Assembly: GCF_001194135.2 (NCBI RefSeq)
Contig: NC_068985.1
Coordinates: 21,838,126-21,902,125 of the forward strand
Direction: 5' to 3'
Source: Octopus bimaculoides
Taxonomy: Eukaryota
Length of the DNA: 64,000 nucleotides
Position 1 is the stretch's first letter, and every line of letters begins with the position of its first letter. Position numbers and translations under genes: made by a program. The notes below the pieces were generated by a model. It was not told where the DNA came from and made no database searches. It saw nothing but the letters and a program-made list of their open reading frames with translations. Shown here piece after piece: positions 53,170 to 64,000 of this stretch.

Positions 53170-54599
53170 CTTTCCGTATTCCCGAGCGTCATACTAATAT
53201 ATACTTTTGTTATTTTCACTACCTGTCCTCGTCTGTTGTTATTATTTGTATATTCTCCCATATAAATATGTTACTTATATATGAATTATTTACATGTAAA
53301 TTCTTATTCTTCACATAAATTTACATCTAGATCAAGAAATAATTGGAAGGATCAGGCTTTTAACATGCAAGCTGTGAAAAATAAGTAGAATGACTGTAAA
53401 TTCTTGATAAAAAGGTAAGTAAAGAAAAGTAGTTTCTAAGTTCTTGAAGCATAGAGAATAGTAACATTTTCTGATATAATTTTTGAAAGATCTAAAATAC
53501 AGTTTCTCTTTTAAAAGACATTTATCAATCATCAAACATACAACTTTTGACTGAGATGAATATAAAAAATTATAACAATTGAATTTTAAAAAAAAGCACC
53601 AAACAAACCACAAAGTTTCACCCTCATCCATTTGTATGCTCATGCAAACACACAACAACAACAGCAACATTTATTGTAGTAATAATATTGATTTCTTACA
53701 TAACACCAAGAAAGAGAAAAATAATTAAAAGAAAATGAAAAAAAAGAAGAGAAGAATGGAAATCTGAGATAATGCTTAGAGCTCTCTAAGCGAAATAATA
53801 GTTTACACTTGAATGCTGAGAGCAGGTGAAAGAGAAGTATACTGAATGTATTGTAATTAAGGTAAAATGCACTCAAAGTATCAAATTGTGAGCGTAAGTT
53901 TATTTAGAAAATCTCTCACAAAGAAATGACAATTCTGTTGCAGAAGTTGCTAAATAAACAAACATGTTAATTCATCTTAATTTGCCAAGAAACTGAGTGC
54001 ATCAAAGAAAAACAAAAGAAACTGGAGTCAAGTCATGCATAACAGTAAATCGCTTCAAGAACTGTGAAATAATTGGAAAAACCAAGCCAGTGAGATCTAG
54101 AGAAAAATAGTATCCTAGAATAAGTAAACAGAAATTAATTATTGTTTTGGTACGAATAATTAGCATGTACTTTTTTTTACCTTGTTGTTTCAAATAAACA
54201 GAAAATTGGAAGTACAAATATCAGCGAGAGATAATTTATTTTATGAATGAAACCGACAATGCATCGCATAATGCACTGGCATTCAATTAAAGAAATCACA
54301 ATTTCTGAATTTTTCAAATAAAGAAATGCCAACAGCTTGTACATGCCACACATTAGCATTTAGTTCACTTGTAAGGAAATTATGCATCTCAAGGCTTCCT
54401 TCCCTTTAAACTAAACGATGAGCAAATAAAGAAATTGATTTCAAATTTTACAATTATAAAAAAAACAACAGAAAGAAAAAAGAGAATCTGATTGACATTT
54501 CATTATAATTAGATTTTTTTTTTTAATTCAGAATTTTTTTTTGTAATTAATAAAAGGATGTTTATTTTTCAGTTGCCATGTGAGTTATCTGTTATATAG

Positions 54600-54960
54600 G
54601 TACAGTGCAGCTGAGTGGTTAAGAATTGGTTCTAGGTTCAGCCCCACTACATGGCATCTTGGGCAAGTGTCTTCTATTATACCCACCCCCATCATGTGTG
54701 TGTGTGTGTTTGTGTGTATATGTGTGTGTATGAGAAAGAGATGGTATTATCTTGTCTTAATATAGTGTGATTGTTATATATGTGTATCATGAGTACACAA
54801 ATGGTGTCCTTTGTTTCAAAACATCCATGAAACATGTCCAGCAATGGACAAATATTAGGTTAGATGGAGACAGGAGAACGTTGGCAACAGGAAGGGTATC
54901 CAGCCATAAAAAATTGTCTCAAACACGAAAAAGTGACTATTACGATAATGATGATGTTAC
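54600..54960 (+). mobile_element. Family A SINE with tail type 2
   Basis: Head ggttcagccccactacatggcatcttgggcaagtgtc; tail aacgttggcaacaggaagggtatccagcc. Confidence 0.6.
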
Positions 54961-55329
54961 AGACGAAATCATTGGCAAGAACTTGTTGAGAAGTTGCACT
55001 TGGGCACAGTGTTTTCTGCTGGATTTAAAAGCTAAAAGCAATATGTTAGACTTAAAACTAGATACAATGTTATCTTGTACTTTTCAAATATTGACAGCAG
55101 ATTACTTTACTAATTCCCTCTATTTAGCCCTTCCAGCTAGACATTTTCACTACAATCATCATCATTTTCTCTCTTGTCCAACAGGGGTAACCATGTATAT
55201 CTATTACAGTAAAATACCTGCTCCTGTCCCTCTATCATACTAAAAAACCTCTTATCACCTGGCATGAAGCCATGTCCCTCAATACTAGACCTCTCTCAAT
55301 TGAGGGGTCTTGTATTATGAATTACTTCG

Positions 55330-56105
55330 TGATCTCACTAGTGCTGGTGCCACATAAAAAGCACCTAGTTCAGTAAAGTGGTTGGTATTAGAAAGAGTAT
55401 TGAGCTACAGAAACCCTGTCAAAGCAGACATTAGTACTTTGTGCAGTCCTCTGGTTCACCAGCTCCTGTTGAATCATCCAACTTACGCTAACATGGAAAA
55501 TGGGTATTAAACGGTGATGATGATGATGATGACGATGACGACGATGACGATGATGATGATGAAGAAGATGATGACAACAGCGACGACAATGTTGCTGATG
55601 GTGTAGGGAGGTGCTTAAAAACAATACCAGCAAATCCATGAAAGAAGTCTACTACTGGATTTGAATATGTACAGATGAATAAAGATATCATAGTAGTAAT
55701 GATATTTTATCATTTCTTACACAAGGCTACAAAATTTAGAGGAGAGAATAATTGATTAACGCCAGCCAGCTACTGGATTGGTACTTATTTTACTAACTGG
55801 GGAAAAATGAAAGACAACGTTTGACCTTGGCAGTGTTTGAATTTAGAATGTAAAGGAATGGGGGTCAAGGCATTTTGTCTGAAGATCTATTGATTCTGTT
55901 ATCTATCACTCTAATCATAAGAAGAAGAATGATTTCTAACATAGGTACAAGAATATAAATTTTAGTGGAAGATATAATCGATTAGAGCAACCATAGATGC
56001 TTATTTTATCGACTCTAGAAAGATGAAAGGCAAAGTTGATCACAGTAAGATTCGTATCTAAATACTGCAAGGCATTTTGTCCTTTGCCCTACCAATTCTA
56101 CCATT
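55330..56105. mobile_element. RTE tail (plus, 55330-55580, expanded GAT/GAC) and two family B SINEs (minus, 55715-55900 and 55945-56105)
   Basis: Diagnostic motifs as above. Confidence 0.65.
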
Positions 56106-56112
56106 CACTGTC

Positions 56113-56265
<153 letters not shown>

Positions 56266-57419
56266 AAGAGAAGATAGAAGACAAGTAAGAAGCGTATTAA
56301 CACTTTACTGCTGTATTAACAGTGTCTTGTTTCAATGCTATGAATATACCAATAAATTTTTAACTAATACTGTATGTAGATGCATGTTAACACACCACTA
56401 GTTTAATAATTGAACTAGCTGTTAAGAATGCATTATATATGCAGATTGGTCAATTGAATCCACTTGGTGTCTTAGTTGCATTATAGGTAGTGTCTCCATG
56501 GACAGTTAGAAAGGGTACAAAAGATTGAAATTAGTCTAGCTGATCCCACTTTTTTCATTCCACAGACATTGTATATAAATACAGGGTGTTTACATGCCTA
56601 TATGTATACTGTTAGCTAAAAATCTATATCTTTATTCTCTAATAGAGTATAGAAGGAAAAAGAAGACAAAAGAAAAAAAGAAGAAAGAAAGAAGGAAGGA
56701 AGAAAGATTTGCTTATTGAGTCTGGATTTATTTTACCTCATTTTTGTTTCAGCATTTACAGTTCTAAGAATTGAATTCAGAACAATCTTCCAGAACATTT
56801 GACACCAATAAAGAGAATCTTGATTTCCAAGTATCTTGAAATAACTATTGTTATGATTCTGTTTGTTAATTGTTAAGTGTGACATAGTTCAGCAGTTACA
56901 AGAGATTGATTTTGGCTAACAACTCAACTATTTTCTAGTTGGTATAAATTACATTATAGACAAGGTAGACTGATAAAAAACAGAAATAACATCACTGGCT
57001 CATTCAAGTAACATGTAAACACATGAAGATGTCATAGAAAATGATTAGTTATTTAAGCAACTTAATTAATTATTGTTTAGCACTAAGGTAATCTTGAATG
57101 AGATAATCAAACACATTCCAACCATGACCATTCTGTCATTACAGGAGTATCTATGACTATATTATTCACCCTGTTCTTCCATTTTTAAGATGATTGGGTA
57201 TGATTTGTGGGAGATTTGGTTGCTATTTCCAGTAGGTCAAGTAACTATGCATAAGCTCAATTGCTAGGTTAGGGATGATATTATTTTAGGAGTATCTAGG
57301 GCTACATTATTCACTGTGTCCTACTTTGTTGTTTTAGCAAGATGTGGTGTGATTTGATTAATTTTTAGCTGCTATTTCTAACAGATCAAGCAACCACTTT
57401 GAGGTTCACTCATTGGGTG

Positions 57420-60400
57420 ATGGATGGTGGAGTAAAAACACAGTGTTTAGATTATAATGAAATTAGAAGTGTAAAGAAATTCCAACCACATTAATGATAA
57501 AGTAATTAAAACAGACGTGGATATTAAAGCTGAGGGACCCTGATTAAGAATAATATAATTCCTAGTGTTCATAAATTAAATTTAAGGACTAAAAAAAAAG
57601 TAAAAAAGAAAGAAAAAGAAAAGGAAATTAAAAGGAGGAATTTGTGTTGTTACGAGGATATGATATGAATGAAAGATGAATAACTGGATGAATAATTGCC
57701 TAAATATTATTAGTAGCAGTGTAAGATGAAGAAGATGGGATAAGGTGGATGGTGGTAAATTGACCTGACTGAGTTGAAGTTAATGGAAAGCATAATTAGT
57801 AAGATTACTTTTAATTGGTTCTTCTGATTGCATCTTGGATTCATGATAGTTAAAACTGTGCTAAATGCTTAATTATTATACGATCAATTAAATTAATTTA
57901 GTCAAGTCTGCTAAAATTGCTTATACAAGTTGTAATGTCAAAAGAAATTTAGATTATTTTAAATATACTTTTAGTGTTTCAATAATCATTTGCTGAAAAA
58001 TATTAATACTGAAATTATTAATAAGATAAAATATGTTCTAGCAGCCATTTTCCCAGGCTTTCATCAATGCATTTTGCAAAACCTGGTATCTGCATATGAA
58101 TCTTGCAAGAAAACTGCTAATTGCCTTTTCTCTAAGTAGGTATTGGGTATCTAGTTGGAACATCACCTAACTTCAGTTAGGCCAAAAATAATTATAGTGT
58201 TCCTAAAATTTTAACTCGTAACCAATTGGAATAAAAAATCTTAAAATAGAAATATTACAATTGTTTTCTTTTTACCTTTTTTTTCTTCATTTTTTGCATA
58301 AGTTACAAATCTTCAGATTTATAATAAAGAAAGAAATGAGAATGTGTGATGTTGATGCCTTTTGTGATGTAACTGAAATGTAATTTCAACAATCTAGTTC
58401 TGAAAATGAGTTGCAGTCTTAGTTTGACAGAAAGCTTCTAATTTATTCAACAATCAATATAATCTGGGAATTAACCATTCCAATCTAGAACTGCATTTAG
58501 GAATGGCTATTATGCATTAATTAATTCATTATAAATAATATAATTTGGTTTGTAAAGAAGAAAATCGAAATTTGAATTGAATTATTTTCAGAACTGCAAT
58601 ATCTTTTATTTATAATGGAAAATGATTTTGATTGACAATTGAAATGTTTAACCCTTGTAGTTCATGAAAGATTAACCTGACTAGTATGCCACACACACAC
58701 ACATACACACATGCATACATTCATATACATACATATCATCACACACACATACACATGCAGTAGAATCCTGCCTATCATGATTGTTTTGGAATGAAACCTT
58801 TTCCAAAATAATAACCTGCTGATGACAATAACTGTTTAGCAATATTAAGCCAGGAATATAATATTAACTGGTCATTTGATTCTAATAAGTAGATAATTTT
58901 TCATTCATTTTAGATAAAGGGTGTGGAGCCCACTAAACTTAATAACAAAAACTGATAACATTATCCAAGATTGTAATAAATGGAATCGTCTGTGAATGCA
59001 TATACACACACTCACACACATATATGTACATACACCTATTCACTAACACTGCTGGCCATACTGACCAATTCAGCACACCATACTCTCCATTCCCAACACC
59101 AACAAATGATTCTGCCATCACCATCACCACCATAGCTATTATCAACCATCATCCACATACTTTTGCTACATCTCAGTATCTGGCATGCTTTTGTTTAGAT
59201 CACCATAGTAATTATAAGCAATAGATTAGCAGCAGTTGCAATGTAGCAGTTTACTTGAAAATTTTGATAACATTCAAAGCTTTGATTCTAATAAAGGGAT
59301 AATTTAAAATTCGTTTTCATGTAAAGAATATGGGATTAATTAATTTAGATAACAGTATCTGAATGATAACATTATCCATAAATTTTAATAAGTGGCTTCC
59401 ACTGCATCTTGCTTCAATGTTTTAGATTTTGTTTCCCCATACTATAATGATTTTAACTGAATCTTATGAGAGTTCTGAACCACTATTTTTATATAGTTTA
59501 TTTTTATCACAGTTAAACTAATAACCTCTTAGAAATTCCATTAATCTCAACCTTAAATAATAATTTCAAGCTAACGGTCGGATTAAACAGGATGCTTCCT
59601 TAATTTAACAAATTAACAAATGAAAGAAACTAAAAGTGGGCCTTAAAAACGAATAAAGTTAAGTAGAGAAAGAGCAGTGATTATGATCTTTGTAGACAAG
59701 TTATTTCTCTTAATAGGTTAATGTTCAGTTAATGGTGCAGTTGATGTAGGTTGATGTCTGCAGGCAGAAAAAGGACAGGAAGAGGGGTGGGTAAAATTAC
59801 AAAGGAGAAAGGATTGAGTAAAGTGAGTGTAGGATGTGAAGGATTTGTTATGTAACTTAATCAGTTGTTCTCGTTTTAATGCAGGCCAAACCTGATTGAG
59901 CAAATCTATGATGAAAAACATTGTAGCCATGATCATCTCAACATTTTAGGAGTGTCTAAGACTACATTATCTAAAGTGATCTTACTTGTTTAAGAGAGTA
60001 GGGTAGGGATAAGTGTCTAAGACTCATTATGCAAAATGATCTTCTTTGTTTAAGATAGCAGGGATATAATTTGAGGGATATTTAGTTGCTGTTTTAGCAG
60101 ATTAGATGACCATGAAGAGGCTTCCTCATTGGATGGTGGAGTGAAAATGGAATATTTAGACTCTAATGAAATTAGAAATATAAAGAAATTCCATGTACAT
60201 TGATGATAAAGTAATTAAAGCAGACATGGATATTAAAGCTGAGAGACTCTGAGAAAGAATAATATAATTCGCAGCATTTATAAATTGAATTTAAGAATTA
60301 AAAAAATGAAGTTGGGAATTAAAAACATCAATTTGAGTTGTTATGAGCACATGATAATGTGTGAAGGATGAATAATGGATAAATAACTACCTAAATATTG

Positions 60401-60695
60401 TTAGTAGCAGTGTAGGATGATGAAGAAGGGATGAAGTGGGTGGGGTAAATTGACCTGAGTGATTTGAAGTTAATGAAAAGCATAATTAGTAAGAATAATT
60501 TTAATTGATTCTTCTGATTGCATCTTGGATTCATGATAGCTAAAACTGTGCTAAATGCTTAATTATTATACGATCAATTAAATTAATTTAGTAAAGTCTT
60601 GCTTATTGCTTATGCAAGTTATCGTCAAAAGAAATATGAATTATTTAAACTTCATTTTTAATATTTCAATAATCATTTACTGAAATTATTAATAA
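57420..60695 (+). repeat. Local direct duplication of ~600 bp (57420-58025 and 60128-60695)
   Basis: Colinear alignment from ggatggtggagt to aataatcattt; an 84-bp core has 1 mismatch. Confidence 0.85.
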
Positions 60696-61359
60696 AGAAT
60701 TAAAATATCTTTTAACATCTAGTTTTCCAGTTTTTTTTTTATCAACTGTCTATTGAATGTCTCTATTGAATGTTTTCCAAGGTCTCTATTTATTGAAATG
60801 AAGCACAACTTCAATAAACTAAATAGTATGAGGTATTTAGATGGCATGTAGATGATGCCTTTGAGAGGAAGGGTGGTCTTTTCTGCAAAGAGATGTGTTG
60901 TTAGCAGTGCTAACAACGAAGTTGTTAGCATAGAGAGGAAAGAGTACAAGAAGCATAACTGAATCTCAGAGTCTAACAGAGTCATTATTATATAGGTTAG
61001 AGATTGATCTATCAGCACACATATGACAGGATGTCTCCAATCTAAGAAATGACTAAAAATATATAGATGTGGTTAGAATTAGTAAGGACATCCAGCTGTG
61101 AAAACCATGCATTGGAGCACAATAGAGTCCTTAAACATTGGATTCTGTCAAACTGTGCAACACACGTAAGCATGGAACACAAACATTAAATAATCATGAT
61201 AATAGTAATGATGATGATGAAATGAAATTGAAATTCCATTAATCACACGGTGTTTAGATTTATGGCATAATACAACATACCATAATATATTGTAGTATAA
61301 TACATTAGTTACTAATTTTAAAAGAAGTCATTTCTAAAAATAACTGCTCACAGAAAGCA

Positions 61360-61670
61360 GCATTTAAGTTGAAGCCTGTTATATATGTGTGTGCATGTAT
61401 GTGTGTGTGAGTTTGTGTGTGCCATTGTCTAGACATCACATGACGATTGTAAATTAGCATCATCATCATCATCATCATGCAAGAAAGGTTGTTCATTTAG
61501 AGCTTTCCATGAAGAACTTGCCTGGCCATGGGGAAAATATTGCTTTGCTTGGAAACAGGTAAAGGTTGGCAACAGGAAGGGCATCCAGCCACGGAAAACC
61601 TGCTTCAACAAATTGCATCTGATCCATGGAAGCATGGAGAAGTGAATGTTAAAATGATGATGATGAAGTT
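61360..61670 (+). mobile_element. Family A/tail type 2 SINE (3' part)
   Basis: ttgtctagacatcacatgacg...ggaaacaggtaaaggttggcaacaggaagggcatccagcc...gttaaaatgatgatgat. Confidence 0.65.
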
Positions 61671-61907
61671 GATGATTAATCTATGTAAGAAACTATTTGG
61701 TTTTCCAGTTTGAGTAATGAGGTACAAATTAAAATATTCAAAACTGAGTAAAGAGAAGTTAGAGGCATATCTACCTTTTGCCTACCTTCCAAATTATCAT
61801 TAGATAAGTGTTTAATTCAGTGTTTAATGCAAGTGCTTAATGTCCCACCTTCTTCCCAGTACACTCCTGCTAGCAAACAGGTAGAACAATAATAAGTCAA
61901 TACTTAC

Positions 61908-62027
61908 AGCTCTACTTTATTTGTTAAATCAGCTTTGTATTGTGTTGTTTCTGAACACAATTTCTTGTAGACTCCATCATCACATATATCTGCGGAGAAT
62001 GGCTTGAAACACTGCTTGACAAATTTT
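61908..62027 (-). CDS. Internal coding exon A of an unidentified minus-strand gene (KFVKQCFKPFSADICDDGVYKKLCSETTQYKADLTNKVE); gene continues upstream beyond this exon
   Basis: Polypyrimidine acceptor tttttattgtttcttccag| and donor CT|gtaagt; 120 nt, phase 2-2, open frame; joins exon B as CT|G (Leu). Confidence 0.85.
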
Positions 62028-62992
62028 CTGGAAGAAACAATAAAAAGAGAATATATATATATATATATTTGATGTGTGTGTGTGTGTGTTGTATGCATGG
62101 GGAGACCAAACTTGAGATGTTTCTTAGAGTGAATTGGGTCTAGGGATTAATCCTGTTCAGTTACAAGTCAACTTTCATCATGTATGTATGGACGAACAGA
62201 CAGACAGATAGATAGGCACTCATATTGTGTATACTATTATTAAGGAAATACAATACTATATTCTTGTAACAGCTGAATTTATAAATTGGTAATAAAATGC
62301 ATTTTATTGATAATATATATATATACATACATAGATGATGATGATGATGATATGTACAAACAAAATATCAAAATATTAACAAAATAAGTAACTGAATGTT
62401 TAGTGAAGGTTAAAAATACAAATAGGAAACATTCACATAACAAAACAACAGAATGTTTATAGAATGTTTTGAATAGCCAGAAATATCTGCAAACAATATT
62501 TCTGATATATGGTAAAAATATTCAATACTAAACATCAACTATAAAAGCATCATTATTTTTTTTTATTCTTCTTTTATATTTGGACATGTATTCAGAATTG
62601 TTTCTCTATTACTAAATTTATCTTTAAAAAAAAAACTCTCTTGTTTTGATTGCCCTCTGATATGAACCTTCAAGTATATCTTACTTCTTACCTGCTAACA
62701 AACAGTTGCTGTTTAACCCCTAGTCGGCTGTCACTGAGCAGACTTGTGATCAAAGGCATTTCACCCTTATTCTGTCAAGCATTGCTTTTCTAGGACTATA
62801 TTATTCAAAAGGAACTTCCTTTTTGAAGACAACAGAATGTGATTCAAGGAAGATTAGGCTGCTATTCCTAGCAGATCAAGTTACTATGTGGAGGTTCCCC
62901 CATGAATCATTTTTACAAGCAGTTTTTGATGCTTCTGCTTGTTCATCTTTTAACATCCGTGAGAGGCTCTGTGCCATCAACCTTCTTCCCCC

Positions 62993-63380
62993 TGCCATAA
63001 AGCACTGGTGCTGGTGCCACATAAAAAGCACTAGTGCTGGTGCCACATGAAAAGCACTGATGCTGGTGCCACATGAAGAGCACTGGTGCTGGTGCCNNNN
63101 NNNNNNCTGGTGCTGGTGCCACATAAAAAGCACTAGTGCTGGTGCCACATGAAAAGCACTGATGCTGGTGCCACATGAAGAGCACTGGTGCTGGTGCCAC
63201 ATGAAAAGCACTGGTGATGGTGCCATGGAAAAAAAGTACCCAGTACACTCTGCAAAGTGGTTAGCATTAGGAAGGGCATTCAGCTATGGAACCAAATCAA
63301 AACAGACTATTGAACCTCGTGTGGCGCCTTGTCAATGTCAGAATGGAAACAAACATTGAATGATGATGATGAAGATGATT
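62993..63380 (+). mobile_element. RTE-type tail whose 5' part is amplified into a 26-bp minisatellite (62993-63225)
   Basis: Units gtgctggtgccacatgaaaagcact[ag], about 8 copies around a 10-N gap, continuing into the normal tail. Confidence 0.85.
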
Positions 63381-63444
63381 ATCCTTTAGATTTTCATTGC
63401 ATTTTCATGTGTACCATTTCCTTGCTTTTTTTTAGTTCCTTTTT

Positions 63445-63655
63445 TTCTCCATTATAGGTACAAGGCCTGGAATTCTGGAAGAGAGACTGGTCAATTACGT
63501 CAACCCCAGAGCTCAACTGGTATTTGTTTTATCAATCTTGAAAGACTAAAAAGCAAAAATCAATCTTGGAATTTAAACTCAGATCATAATACAGAAGAAA
63601 TGCTACTAAGCATTTTGTCTGGCATGCTAATGATTCTGCCAGCTAGTCACCTTAT
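63445..63655 (-). mobile_element. Family B SINE
   Basis: Family B core on the minus strand. Confidence 0.7.
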
Positions 63656-64000
63656 ATAATATTTCTGTTAAGTAGCTGTTCAGGTTCTGATTAACTCTAA
63701 TTAGGCAGACCTATAATCAAAGATGATCCAGTAATAATCGCCTGATCCTCTTGTTAAGCAGAAAATTATCTATGCTTCCATTATCTAATGTGTTTCTCCT
63801 TTTTTTATAGTAGTAAAATATGTGAGTCATCATTGTTGATGTCGGTGACAGCGGCAGCAGCTGCCTTCAGAGGGAAATTTAGATATCTCTGGCAGGTTAA
63901 CTTACAATTTAAAGGATTTCTTAGTGCATTTGAGCTGATCTTGACCCCAATTCTACTGGCTATTTTATTATATACCTTTATTTTATTTGATTGAAAGACC

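Noticed and set aside
53332-54359. Minus-strand ORFs of 60-112 aa in a repeat-poor stretch
   Set aside because: No acceptor/donor pair with compatible phase; composition is typical of AT-rich non-coding DNA.
59720-59757. Strong minus-strand acceptor (cttttctgcctgcag) in intron A-B
   Set aside because: The in-phase reading stops after 12 codons and there is no donor.
62914-62990. Protein-like GGRRLMAQSLSRMLKDEQAEASKTA
   Set aside because: The putative acceptor lies in the retroelement-derived minisatellite edge, and its phase (1-1) does not fit exon A.

Overview
AT-rich, microsatellite-dense, repeat-rich eukaryotic DNA with six short N gaps. The SINE/LINE families look like those of coleoid cephalopods (Octopus-like); this is inference from recalled repeat sequences, not a search. 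The main feature is the 3' part of a minus-strand protein-coding gene that the ORF track largely misses. I reconstructed 8 GT-AG exons (61908-62027, 47706-47781, 39384-39507, 36046-36131, 31361-31457, 30953-31043, 19743-19853, 16553-16949). All 7 junctions are phase-compatible and give a 366-aa open C-terminal fragment ending in TGA. I cannot assign it to a family. An apparently SINE-free ~6 kb stretch follows the stop codon and may be a long 3' UTR. The introns and downstream region hold three tRNA-derived SINE families, RTE-clade LINE fragments and 3' tails, R4/Dong-like fragments in (TAA)n, a palindromic mariner derivative, Tc1- and piggyBac-type MITEs, and several minisatellites. The most notable signals are two different minimal hammerhead-ribozyme-like motifs (one with a U3-A8 core covariation), a 36-bp minisatellite with stop-free 12-aa frames and a recent inverted copy, and several fold-back structures. 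No CRISPR array, rRNA or true tRNA gene was seen. Exon, hairpin, TIR and TSD coordinates were counted to the base; repeat boundaries are approximate.
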